NCBI GenBank assembly: GCA_964462875.1
Contig: CAYWZQ010000009.1
Span: forward strand, 3,618-67,617
From: an uncultured Nitrososphaerota archaeon
GTDB taxonomy: Archaea; Thermoproteota; Methanomethylicia; Culexarchaeales; Culexmicrobiaceae
Reading direction: 5' to 3'
Length of the DNA: 64,000 nucleotides
Shown: piece by piece, positions 46,988 to 56,161 of the stretch
Layout: each line of letters starts with the position of its first letter
Numbering within the stretch: position 1 is the first letter of the stretch
Program-made: the position numbers and the translations under genes
The notes under the pieces: model-generated
The model's database searches: none
The model's input: the letters and a program-made list of their open reading frames with translations, nothing else
What the model was told of the DNA's origin: nothing

Positions 46988-47902
46988 CTATTGACTTGAT
47001 GCCAGTTCAATGGCCTCCTTAGTGTACAACTTATACTTTCCAAGCCTGCCACCATAGTTAGCGGCAGTTATTTTCCTGACACCCTTAATCTTGGCAGCTG
47101 CAAGTATAGCCACACCCATTGCTCTAAGAACCCTCTTGACATCAAGGCCATTGATAACTATCTCGTAAACGCAATTAACATCTGGTGGAACTTTAGTGTC
47201 TGGAACCTTGTCCTTAATTGTTGGGCAGAAGAAGTGATTCGTCGTAGCAATCAGCTTTGGATACTTTAGGGAACCAACTTTCGAACCCGACCTAACAATT
47301 CCACCAGGGAAAGGTAAAATAACACCCTTAACCTGCTCACGAACCGCTTTAACAGCGGCCTCCGCAGCTTTTAACCCAGCCTCTAAGTCCTCAGCAAGAA
47401 TAAGCAAATTGCCTCCAGCTACAGCCTTAACAACACCAACTTTATCCTCTATTAAAAAGTCTCCCTCCATAACAGGGATTCTATACATAACTTTACCATA
47501 CAGCTCTTCTCTCGTTTCAAAGCCGTCTCCAAACTTGGATAATGGTGCACCAACATAGATAAACCGTTTTGCTCTCGGCAATCCATTAAATACTGCTGTC
47601 GTGGGACATGTGAGAACACATTGTCCTATCCTACTCAGCACTTGCATTTTGAGCTCCGGTATCGACCTATGGTAAATTTGTATGAGAGCACCCGGCCTTC
47701 CATCAGGAGTTTCTTCTAGCGGCACCAAGCCCTCCACGCCTGCCTCTGCTGGTGCCGCAATTATGGAAGTTGCAAAGCCAGTTGCCACTTGAGCTGCAGT
47801 CAAAGCCCACTTCTCGTTTATAGCTGTTATGAGAATTCTAGTAGCATACATTGGAAAGGCTTCAGCAAATGTTTCCTCGATTTCAACGCCATTAATTTTC
47901 AT
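46988..47902 (-). CDS. ftr: Formylmethanofuran:tetrahydromethanopterin formyltransferase
   Basis: 'INGVEIEETFAEAF', 'RILITAINEKWA', 'ATGFATSIIAAPAEAG', 'ETPDGRPG' and 'IGQCVLTCPTTAVF' match Ftr block for block. Confidence 0.9.
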   Translation of the reverse strand: MKINGVEIEETFAEAFPMYATRILITAINEKWALTAAQVATGFATSIIAAPAEAGVEGLVPLEETPDGRPGALIQIYHRSIPELKMQVLSRIGQCVLTCPTTAVFNGLPRAKRFIYVGAPLSKFGDGFETREELYGKVMYRIPVMEGDFLIEDKVGVVKAVAGGNLLILAEDLEAGLKAAEAAVKAVREQVKGVILPFPGGIVRSGSKVGSLKYPKLIATTNHFFCPTIKDKVPDTKVPPDVNCVYEIVINGLDVKRVLRAMGVAILAAAKIKGVRKITAANYGGRLGKYKLYTKEAIELASSQ

Positions 47903-48027
47903 AAACTACACCTCCTCAGAGCGATTATTACTCGAAAAATCTACCTATTTATATGCTACACCCACTCAAGCTTCTCTTAAAGCTTAAATCAATAACTCAT
48001 TATAGACTTTAGCGCGGGTGATTTATT

Positions 48028-48867
48028 GTGAGTGAAAGGGTTGTAAAGATTAGCATTATCAAAGTCGGGTGCATTGGCTGCAGTCCACTACTAGATTACA
48101 TGCTTGATGAAAGAGCTGACAGAACGGACATAGATGTGCGGGTTTTTGGTTCCGGATCTAAGCTCGATGAAGCAAGAGCTGAAGATGTTGCCAAAAGAGC
48201 TCTAGAATTCAATCCAGATCTAGTGATTATATCGACTCCAAATGCAGCATTACCAGGACCAGCCAAGGCAAGAAACATTGTAGCTGAAAAGGGAATTCCA
48301 TGCATTATAGTGACAGATGCACCTTCAAAGAAGATCGCTAAGGAACTAAAGGAAAAGGGATTTGGCTACATAATAGTTGAAGCAGATTCAATGCTAGGTG
48401 CTAGAAGGGAGTTTCTGGATCCAATTGAAATGACGATCTACAATGCGGACCTAATTAAAGTTCTTTCAGTCACCGGTGCATTTCGAGTAGTCATTGAAGC
48501 CATAGACAAGGTCATTGAAGCCATTAAGAAAGGTGAAAAACCAGAACTCCCTGCAATCACTGTTAATAGGGACACTGCAATCAAAGCAGCTGAATTTAAT
48601 AATCCATATGCTAAAGCCAAGGCCATGGCCGCATGGGAAATGAGCAAACGAGTAGCCGATTTAACTACAAAGGCCTGCTTTGTAGTTAAAGAATGGGAAG
48701 TATATACATCCCTATGCGCAGCAGCTCATGAACTAATGAGAGAAGCCGCGAAATTAGCTGATGAAGCCAGAGAAATTGAAAAATATGGTGATTACCTCGT
48801 CAGAAAACCACATAGCAAATCCGGAGCCATACTGAGAAAAGCAAAGTTAATTGAAAAGCCAAAATAG
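48028..48867 (+). CDS. mtd: F420-dependent methylenetetrahydromethanopterin dehydrogenase
   Basis: 'VKISIIKVGCIGCSPLLDYMLDERADR', 'LPGPAKARNI', 'GFGYIIVEADSMLGARREFLDPIEM' and 'KVLSVTGAFRVV' match Mtd. GTG start. Confidence 0.9.
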   Translation: MSERVVKISIIKVGCIGCSPLLDYMLDERADRTDIDVRVFGSGSKLDEARAEDVAKRALEFNPDLVIISTPNAALPGPAKARNIVAEKGIPCIIVTDAPSKKIAKELKEKGFGYIIVEADSMLGARREFLDPIEMTIYNADLIKVLSVTGAFRVVIEAIDKVIEAIKKGEKPELPAITVNRDTAIKAAEFNNPYAKAKAMAAWEMSKRVADLTTKACFVVKEWEVYTSLCAAAHELMREAAKLADEAREIEKYGDYLVRKPHSKSGAILRKAKLIEKPK

Positions 48868-48884
48868 GAGGTGTATAGCTAATC

Positions 48885-50621
48885 ATGGGGACAACAGTTC
48901 AAGTAACCCTAGTTACTGGTAGAACTATTAATCAAGGAACAGCTCTAGATAAAGGAAAACTGCTACCAGAATATTATGAGAAAGTTGCAATAGTTGAGCT
49001 CGATGAAGAAGATATGAAGAAGCTTGGAGCAAAAAACGGAGACAGTGTTGAAGTAGCCACGGAGCATGGAAGAGTAGTAGTGAGAGCTATTAAATCGAGA
49101 TTTAGACACCCGGGAATAGCATTTATGCCCATGGGTCCATGGACAAACATAGTGACGAACCCAAACACCTACGGCTCTGGAATGCCAACATTTAAGGGTG
49201 TAAGAGCCCAGCTCAAAGTCACTGACGAAAAACCCTTAACTCAAATAGAGCTCCTATCCAAAATATATGGACTAGAAGTCCCAGGGGTAAAGGTGGAAGA
49301 GCCTGAGGCTAAAGGTGTAGAGAAAACATTTTCATCAGTTATCTGTAGTTTCTGCGGATGTCTTTGCGATGACTTAGAAGTTAAAGTGAAAGATGGCATT
49401 ATAGTTGAGGTTAAAGGAGCTTGTCCACTCGGATATTCTAAGATAATGCATTATAGGGAAAATCGAATTCTCAAGCCATATATTCGGGATGGAACCAAAT
49501 TTATTGAAGTAACACTCGATGAAGCAGTAAGAAAAGCTGCCGAAATATTAGTTAATGCATCATATCCGCTACTATACGGCTGGAGCTCTACTTCAACTGA
49601 AGCAATAAGACTAGGTGTTGAATTGGCAGAGTTGCTTGGAGGAGTAATGGATAACACAAGCGTAATGTGTCATGGACCAACAATTCTAGGAGTACAGGAA
49701 GCTGGAACTGTTGCTGCAACTCTAGGTCAAATAAGAAACTTTGCAGATTTAATGATTTACTGGGGATGCAACCCATTCCATGCCCATCCAAAGCACCCAG
49801 CAAGATATAGTGCCATGTCAAGAGGATATTACATTAAAAGTAGAGCAGAAAGGAAAATAGTAGTTGTTGATGTAAGAGAAACACCGACAGCTAAAATAGC
49901 AGACCTATTCATTAGAGTTAGACCTGGAGAAGACTTTGAACTCATAAGAGCTCTAAGAATGGCAGTCAATGACATGGACATAGAGGCTGATGAAATTGCA
50001 GGCGTTCAAGTAGAGAAAATTTACGAGTTAGCTGACATTATGAGAACTGCAAAATTCGGCGTACTATTCTTCGGCTTGGGCGTCACCATGACTAGGGGGA
50101 AGGGTAGGAATATTGAGGAAGTCATTAGACTTGTTCAAGATTTAAATAATTGGACTAAGTTCGTGCTCATGCCCATGAGAGGACACTTCAATGTTGTTGG
50201 TGCAAACATGGCCACACTATGGGCAACGGGATTTCCATATGCAGTCGACTTTAGCAAGGGCTATCCAAAACATAATCCTGGAGTAACATCGGCACCAGAC
50301 CTACTCATGGATGGTGACGTTGACGCAGCCCTAATAGTCGCTTCAGACCCAGTAGCACACTTCCCGGCTGAAGCAGTTAAGCATCTAGTGAAAATACCAG
50401 TGATAACTATTGATCCAAAGTGGAATTTAACAAGCCTAATCTCACAAGTTGTAATACCATCGGCATTCGTAGGAATTGAATGCGAAGGAACAGCATACAG
50501 AATGGACAAAGTCGTATTGAGACTGAAAAAACTCGTCGATCCACCTCCAGGAGTCTTGAGTGATGAGGAAATTTTAATGAAGCTTATTAATGAAGTTAAA
50601 AGGTTAAAGGGGGTGGCATGA
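48885..50621 (+). CDS. fwdB: Formylmethanofuran dehydrogenase FwdD-FwdB fusion (molybdopterin/tungstopterin subunit)
   Basis: N-terminal 'VTLVTGRTINQG...MPMGPWTNIVTNPNTYGSGMPTFKG' is FwdD-like. 'VICSFCGCLCDDLEV' onward is FwdB-like. Confidence 0.85.
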   Translation: MGTTVQVTLVTGRTINQGTALDKGKLLPEYYEKVAIVELDEEDMKKLGAKNGDSVEVATEHGRVVVRAIKSRFRHPGIAFMPMGPWTNIVTNPNTYGSGMPTFKGVRAQLKVTDEKPLTQIELLSKIYGLEVPGVKVEEPEAKGVEKTFSSVICSFCGCLCDDLEVKVKDGIIVEVKGACPLGYSKIMHYRENRILKPYIRDGTKFIEVTLDEAVRKAAEILVNASYPLLYGWSSTSTEAIRLGVELAELLGGVMDNTSVMCHGPTILGVQEAGTVAATLGQIRNFADLMIYWGCNPFHAHPKHPARYSAMSRGYYIKSRAERKIVVVDVRETPTAKIADLFIRVRPGEDFELIRALRMAVNDMDIEADEIAGVQVEKIYELADIMRTAKFGVLFFGLGVTMTRGKGRNIEEVIRLVQDLNNWTKFVLMPMRGHFNVVGANMATLWATGFPYAVDFSKGYPKHNPGVTSAPDLLMDGDVDAALIVASDPVAHFPAEAVKHLVKIPVITIDPKWNLTSLISQVVIPSAFVGIECEGTAYRMDKVVLRLKKLVDPPPGVLSDEEILMKLINEVKRLKGVA

Positions 50622-52333
50622 TTCCCAATCAAATACTAATTAAAAATGGTATAGTTTATGACCCAATAAATAAGGTCAATGGAGAAAAAATGGATATTGC
50701 AATTAAAAATGGAAAAATAGTCGAAATAAGCCAAATCGACAAATCAAAAGCCAAAATAATTGATGCTTCAGGGAAAATCGTAATGCCCGGAGGAGTCGAT
50801 TTACACTCACACATTGCGGGCCCCAAGGTCAACCTAGGAAGACTCATGAGACCTGAGGACCACTACGACTACGTGATGAAACTAGTTCCCGGTATAAGGA
50901 GATCAGGTTCAGGCTACACTGTTCCCTCAACAACAATTGCAGGCTATAAGTACGCCGAAATGGGATATACAACAGTAATTGAACCAGCATCCCCACCACT
51001 CAAGAACAGGCACACACACGAAGAACTGGATGACACACCCATAATCGATAAGGCAGTATTCATATTAATGGATTCAAACTGGTTTATTCTCAAGTACCTT
51101 GAAAGCAATGATATTGAAAAGTGCGCAGCCTATGTGGCTTGGCTTCTTGAAGCAACTAAGGGGTATGCCATCAAGCTCGTAGATCCAGGAGTAGCTATTC
51201 CATGGATTAGAGGAAAAGGTTATGGACTGGATTTAGATGATCAAATACCACCATTCAATCTAACACCAAGAGAAATAGTTACGGGTCTCTGCAAAGTTAA
51301 TGAAAAACTCAAACTACCGCATCCAATACATGTCCACTGCAATAAATTGGGCATACCCGGAAACTACACAACAACTCTAAATACAATGAAAGCGGTTTCA
51401 GGTCTAGCAGGTGAAGATAAAGTTGCAATGCATGTAACACATGTCCAGTTCAATAGCTATGGTGGAGTTTCATGGGGAAACTTGAAGAGTAGAGCCGAGG
51501 AAATTGCAAAATATGTTAACTCAGTAAATCACATAACCTTAGATTTAGGCCAAATAATTTTCGGAGAAGCAACTACAATGACAGCTGATGCACCCTTTGA
51601 ATTTGCCCTCTTTCACATGACTAAGTGGAAGTGGGGCGGAGCAGAAGTTGAAGCTGAAGCAGCAGCAGGAATAGTACCGTTTAGGTACAAAGCAAAGAAC
51701 TATGTACATGCCATTCAATGGTGTATTGGACTAGAAGTAGCATTACTCGTTAAAAACCCATGGAAAGTGGTGCTAACAACAGACCACCCAAATGGAGGAC
51801 CATTCCAGAAGTACCCAGAAGTCATAGCATGGCTAATGAGCAGGAAAGCGAGAAGCAAAGTCATAGAAAAGCTAAATAGCAGAGCTTTAAGGGAAGTAGT
51901 TTTACCAAGTATAGAGAGGGAATATGACCTGTATGAAATAGCAATTATAACTAGAGCTGGACCGGCCAAGTTATTGGGATTGGAAAGCAAAGGACACTTA
52001 GGTATTGGAGCTGATGCAGACATAGCTATTTACGATGTAAATCCACTTGAAGTAGACTTATCAGAGAACCCCGAGTTAATAATCAAAGCATTCAGCAAAG
52101 CACTTTACACTATAAAGAATGGAGAAATTGTAGTGAAGAATGGGGAAGTAGTTAAGCACATTTATGGAACAACCTACTATGTGAAAGCCAAAGTAGAGGA
52201 TGAACTTATGAACCAGGTACTGGGTGAGGTGAAGAACAAGTTCAAGGAATGGTACACCGTCAGTTTTGAAAATTATGAAATAAAAGATCATGAAATAAGA
52301 AATCTTAAACCCATAACTGCGGGAGGTGCATAA
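50618..52333 (+). CDS. fwdA: Formylmethanofuran dehydrogenase subunit A (amidohydrolase)
   Basis: 'ILIKNGIVYDPING...IKNGKIVEI' and the 'GGVDLHSHIAGPKVN' metal-binding motif. 571 aa. Confidence 0.85.
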   Translation: MIPNQILIKNGIVYDPINKVNGEKMDIAIKNGKIVEISQIDKSKAKIIDASGKIVMPGGVDLHSHIAGPKVNLGRLMRPEDHYDYVMKLVPGIRRSGSGYTVPSTTIAGYKYAEMGYTTVIEPASPPLKNRHTHEELDDTPIIDKAVFILMDSNWFILKYLESNDIEKCAAYVAWLLEATKGYAIKLVDPGVAIPWIRGKGYGLDLDDQIPPFNLTPREIVTGLCKVNEKLKLPHPIHVHCNKLGIPGNYTTTLNTMKAVSGLAGEDKVAMHVTHVQFNSYGGVSWGNLKSRAEEIAKYVNSVNHITLDLGQIIFGEATTMTADAPFEFALFHMTKWKWGGAEVEAEAAAGIVPFRYKAKNYVHAIQWCIGLEVALLVKNPWKVVLTTDHPNGGPFQKYPEVIAWLMSRKARSKVIEKLNSRALREVVLPSIEREYDLYEIAIITRAGPAKLLGLESKGHLGIGADADIAIYDVNPLEVDLSENPELIIKAFSKALYTIKNGEIVVKNGEVVKHIYGTTYYVKAKVEDELMNQVLGEVKNKFKEWYTVSFENYEIKDHEIRNLKPITAGGA

Positions 52334-53201
52334 AGTGAGCGAAGAACTATGCGAAATCATAATTAAACCTAAAAAAGCATTTAGAGTACCCGTGGACATG
52401 GAACTAATAAAGCCGGAAAACATTGCAGGGAAAACACTAAATGAGTTATTAAATGAATTGACTGTTTATGAAGGTAATAGAGAGAGAAAATTTGGAGAGC
52501 TATTCGATGTTAAAGGAGAGCCAGTAAGTGATGCTAGCAAAATAAGATTGATAATCGAGCCAAGTACTAGAAAGTTGTGGAGCATTGGCATGGGAATGAC
52601 TACCGGAGAAATAGTAGTTAAGGGTGATGCAGGCCACTACATTGGAGCTAAAATGCGCGGCGGAAAAATAGTGATTTATGGAAAAACAGGATCATGGATT
52701 GGCGCCGAGATGAGTGGAGGAACAATAGAAGTTCATGGAGATGCCGGAGACTATGTTGGAGCAAGATTTAGAGGCAAAGGTTCAGAAGCAGGAATGACCG
52801 GCGGGATGATTATCATACACGGTAATGCTGGAGTTGAAGTAGGTAGGGGAATGATTAAGGGTACAATAATGATTTATGGGAGCTGCCTAGAGTTTCTGGG
52901 CGCAAATATGAAGGGAGGATCAATACTAGTTAAGGGCAATTGTCCAGGTAGAGTAGGCTCAGGTATGACGGGAGGTAAAATAGTGATATGCGGACACGTT
53001 AATAGCATACTACCATCATTCTACATAGACGATAAAGTCGACAAGACGAAAGTTAAGGGCAATGTTATTGAGGGGCCATTTTACCTATTCATCGGAGACT
53101 ACATGGCTGCTCCAAAGGTTTATGGAAGGCTATTTATATCAATTCCAAGCAATCCACATTTAAAGAGGTTCTTAGAGCTAATTGAGGAGGTAGAAGCATG
53201 A
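52326..53201 (+). CDS. fwdC: Formylmethanofuran dehydrogenase subunit C
   Basis: Tandem glycine-rich repeats 'GxxxGAxMxGGxIxVxG(D/N)AG', typical of FwdC and the GltB C-terminal domain. Confidence 0.85.
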   Translation: MHKVSEELCEIIIKPKKAFRVPVDMELIKPENIAGKTLNELLNELTVYEGNRERKFGELFDVKGEPVSDASKIRLIIEPSTRKLWSIGMGMTTGEIVVKGDAGHYIGAKMRGGKIVIYGKTGSWIGAEMSGGTIEVHGDAGDYVGARFRGKGSEAGMTGGMIIIHGNAGVEVGRGMIKGTIMIYGSCLEFLGANMKGGSILVKGNCPGRVGSGMTGGKIVICGHVNSILPSFYIDDKVDKTKVKGNVIEGPFYLFIGDYMAAPKVYGRLFISIPSNPHLKRFLELIEEVEA

Positions 53202-54163
53202 TAAGCGTGAATAAAAAGGCAATGAAAATAATTGATGAAATGATCGATAAGGAAGATGAATTGAACATTAAGGTATTGAAAGCAGAGTCAGGAGCAACAA
53301 TAATAGACTGTGGAGTAAATGTTGATGGAGGATTTCTAGCAGGAGTATATGCATCCAAAATATGTCTAGGAGGACTTGGGGAAGTAAACTTATCACATAA
53401 AGTCTACGAGGAAGTAGTATTACCAGTAGTAAATGTATACACGGACCATCCGGTAATAGCATGCATGGCATCCCAATATGCAGGTTGGAGAATAAGTGTT
53501 GGAAAATACTTCGCAATGGGGTCAGGGCCAGCTAGAGCCCTATCTAAAAAGCCAAAATATCTCTATGAGGAAATAGGATATGAAGATATATCAGATGAAG
53601 CAGTAATAGTGCTTGAAGCCTCTAAACTCCCACCAAACGAAGCAGTACTGGAAATAGCTAGCAAGTGTAATGTTAAACCCCAAAACCTATACATTCTAGT
53701 GACACCAACTAGCAGCATTGCAGGCTCAGTACAAATAAGTGCAAGAATAGTTGAAACAGGCATACATAAGCTGCATGAACTAAAATTTGACATCAAGCAC
53801 ATAGTCAATGGTTCAGGTACCTGTCCAATAGCACCAGTACACCCAAACGCTATGATCATGATGGGTAGAACAAATGACATGATACTTTATGCCGGAGAAA
53901 CTACCTACTTGATCAATTATGAAGATGATGAAAAGCTAAGAGAGATAGTAAGAAAGGTCCCATCATGCACATCCAGAGATTATGGGAAACCATTCTATGA
54001 AGTATTTAAGGGATATAATTTTGACTTCTACAAAGTTGATCCACATCTATTCGCTCCAGCAGTAATAAGCGTAACTAATAAGCGCACCGGATTGACGCTC
54101 AAAGCAGGATACGTAAATGTTGAAGTGTTAAAGAAATCGATTGGCTTTGAGAAGTTAGAATAA
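53198..54163 (+). CDS. mch: Methenyltetrahydromethanopterin cyclohydrolase
   Basis: 'SGATIIDCGVNVDGG', 'VNVYTDHPVIACMASQYAGWRISVGKYFAMGSGPARAL', 'YEEIGYED' and 'TSSIAGSVQISARIVETGIHKL' match Mch closely. Confidence 0.9.
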   Translation: MISVNKKAMKIIDEMIDKEDELNIKVLKAESGATIIDCGVNVDGGFLAGVYASKICLGGLGEVNLSHKVYEEVVLPVVNVYTDHPVIACMASQYAGWRISVGKYFAMGSGPARALSKKPKYLYEEIGYEDISDEAVIVLEASKLPPNEAVLEIASKCNVKPQNLYILVTPTSSIAGSVQISARIVETGIHKLHELKFDIKHIVNGSGTCPIAPVHPNAMIMMGRTNDMILYAGETTYLINYEDDEKLREIVRKVPSCTSRDYGKPFYEVFKGYNFDFYKVDPHLFAPAVISVTNKRTGLTLKAGYVNVEVLKKSIGFEKLE

Positions 54164-55239
54164 TGATCGTGAGAAAATTCAGGGATAGGGACTTCATAGA
54201 AACGCGTGAAGGTATGTTCTTTTGCGTTATCGGAAATGTGCATCCAAGGAACAGGATAATATCATACTTAAAGTACGTTCCATGGGAAGTCAAGGGAGCA
54301 AAGAGATTAGGTTGGAGGAGAAATGGAAGAGAATATGGAAGAATTCTACCACATTATAGTGCTCTAGGAGTCCAGAAAGTTAAAGATTTTTTAAAGCACT
54401 TCTTTCCCAATTATGTTTACTTCGATAAATACCTAAACATAGAGATTATAGGTATCCCAGTTAATGAAATAAAAACACATTATAGACCCGAAGTTAGAAT
54501 GCAGGAAATATTGAAGAAATCATCAGATGAACTTGAAGCTGATGTAGCGTTTTTAGCCAGGGAACTTGCGTCAGCAGGGAATATTTCAAAAGCTTATCTG
54601 GGAGTAACGGGTTCAATTCTAATTAAAATTCATAATCCAAAATTTTCAGACATAGACTTGATAGTTTATGGTAGAGAAAATGCATTAAGGATAAAAAATT
54701 CGATTTCAAACTTAATTAATCAAAATAAGAGTTTCAGGCGGCTAGATGAGATAACGAAGAAAAGACTTGCAAAGGAAATTTCGCAAATTCATCCATTAAC
54801 TCTACATGAAGCATACAAGCTAATTAGTGAACGCTGGTATAATGGGTTCTTTAGAGGAAGATTCTTCTCAATTCATCCAGTTAAGCTTGAAAGAGAAGTT
54901 AATGAAATACATGAGCAGAAAATCTATAGGTTCAAGGGCATAGTAACTATTAAATGCAAGGTCGAGGATGCTAGCGAATCCATGTTTCTCCCCTCTAAGT
55001 ACTTGGTTAAGGAAGTAAGGTTCCTTGATGGAAGAGAGGTTAATAATTTGAGAGAGGTCGTTAGCTATGAAGGACTATACTGCGATGCAGCAGCTAATGG
55101 AGATATCATTTATGTTAGAGGTAAACTGGAGGAAGTTAATGACCTTACAACATCCGAGACCTATCATAGAGTTCAAGTGGGCTCATTCGAGGCTAGAGGA
55201 TCGGATTTCATAAAAAATGTAAGGTGGATTAAAGGTTAA
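54163..55239 (+). CDS. Uncharacterised Pol-beta-type nucleotidyltransferase-signature protein (paralog B), between mch and the ATP-grasp ligase
   Basis: 'GVTGSILIKIHNPKFSDIDLIVYG'. N-terminal 'DFIETREGMFFCVIGNVHPRNRIISYLKYVP' is collinear with paralog A. Its ATG overlaps the mch stop (TAATG). Confidence 0.6.
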   Translation: MIVRKFRDRDFIETREGMFFCVIGNVHPRNRIISYLKYVPWEVKGAKRLGWRRNGREYGRILPHYSALGVQKVKDFLKHFFPNYVYFDKYLNIEIIGIPVNEIKTHYRPEVRMQEILKKSSDELEADVAFLARELASAGNISKAYLGVTGSILIKIHNPKFSDIDLIVYGRENALRIKNSISNLINQNKSFRRLDEITKKRLAKEISQIHPLTLHEAYKLISERWYNGFFRGRFFSIHPVKLEREVNEIHEQKIYRFKGIVTIKCKVEDASESMFLPSKYLVKEVRFLDGREVNNLREVVSYEGLYCDAAANGDIIYVRGKLEEVNDLTTSETYHRVQVGSFEARGSDFIKNVRWIKG

Positions 55240-55273
55240 TTACCCGCCTCAGCCAATTATTATCTCGACCCAT

Positions 55274-56155
55274 ATGATCATTGGAATAGCAACTAGAAAT
55301 CGCAGAGCATGGTGCTCAATCCAATTATTTAAAGCTATAAAGAAAAGAGGGTTGAAGGCAGCTTTTATTGACCTCGCAAAAACCATTGTGGGCATAAATT
55401 GCAACTTCAATATATTATATAAAGGAGTAGATTTAGCTGAAAAATTAAATGCGCTAATCGTAAGACCGCTTGGAGTTGATTCCCCGGAGAGAACATTTTC
55501 AAGACTAAATGTCCTACATAAATTAAATGATTGCGGTGTAAAGGTTATAAATAGTCCTCATGCAATTGAGAAATGCATAGATAAGTTCGCTACACTTCTA
55601 CTCCTCAGTAAACATGGAATACCAGTTCCTCAAACAATAGTCACAGAAGAGATTAGCGGTGGGCTAAAAGGCTTTGAAAATCTCGGCGGAGATGTTGTAG
55701 TAAAACCAATTTTCGGGTCAAGAGGATATGGAATTATTCGAGTAAGCGATTTTGATGTTGCTTTCAGAGTCTTTAAAACACTATATTCAATTGGCAACGT
55801 CATCTACCTGCAGAAATTCATTCCGCATAGAAATAGAGATATCAGAGCTTTTGTTGTTGGAGGAGAAGTAATATCGTCCATGGTAAGAGAGGCTAGTAGC
55901 TGGAAAACCAATATAGCTCAGGGAGCAAAGCCCAGATACATTAAGTTAAGTAGCGAGCTAAGCGAAATAGCAGTGAAGGCAGCAGAAGCGCTGGGATGCG
56001 AAGTTGCAGGAGTCGATATTTTGGTGAGTGAAAATGGGGAATATTATGTAACAGAGATAAATAGCATGCCCAACTGGCAGGGACTGCAATCTGTTACCCC
56101 ATTTAATATAGCTGAGAAAATAATAGAATATATTGTTTACAGCATTATGAAGTAG
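55274..56155 (+). CDS. RimK-family ATP-grasp ligase, likely tetrahydromethanopterin:alpha-L-glutamate ligase (MptN), or else CofF-like
   Basis: ATP-grasp fold with 'GDVVVKPIFGSRGYGI' and 'GVDILVSENGEYYVTEINSMPNW'. Lies in the operon with the H4MPT-dependent enzymes. Confidence 0.7.
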   Translation: MIIGIATRNRRAWCSIQLFKAIKKRGLKAAFIDLAKTIVGINCNFNILYKGVDLAEKLNALIVRPLGVDSPERTFSRLNVLHKLNDCGVKVINSPHAIEKCIDKFATLLLLSKHGIPVPQTIVTEEISGGLKGFENLGGDVVVKPIFGSRGYGIIRVSDFDVAFRVFKTLYSIGNVIYLQKFIPHRNRDIRAFVVGGEVISSMVREASSWKTNIAQGAKPRYIKLSSELSEIAVKAAEALGCEVAGVDILVSENGEYYVTEINSMPNWQGLQSVTPFNIAEKIIEYIVYSIMK

Positions 56156-56161
56156 CTTTAG

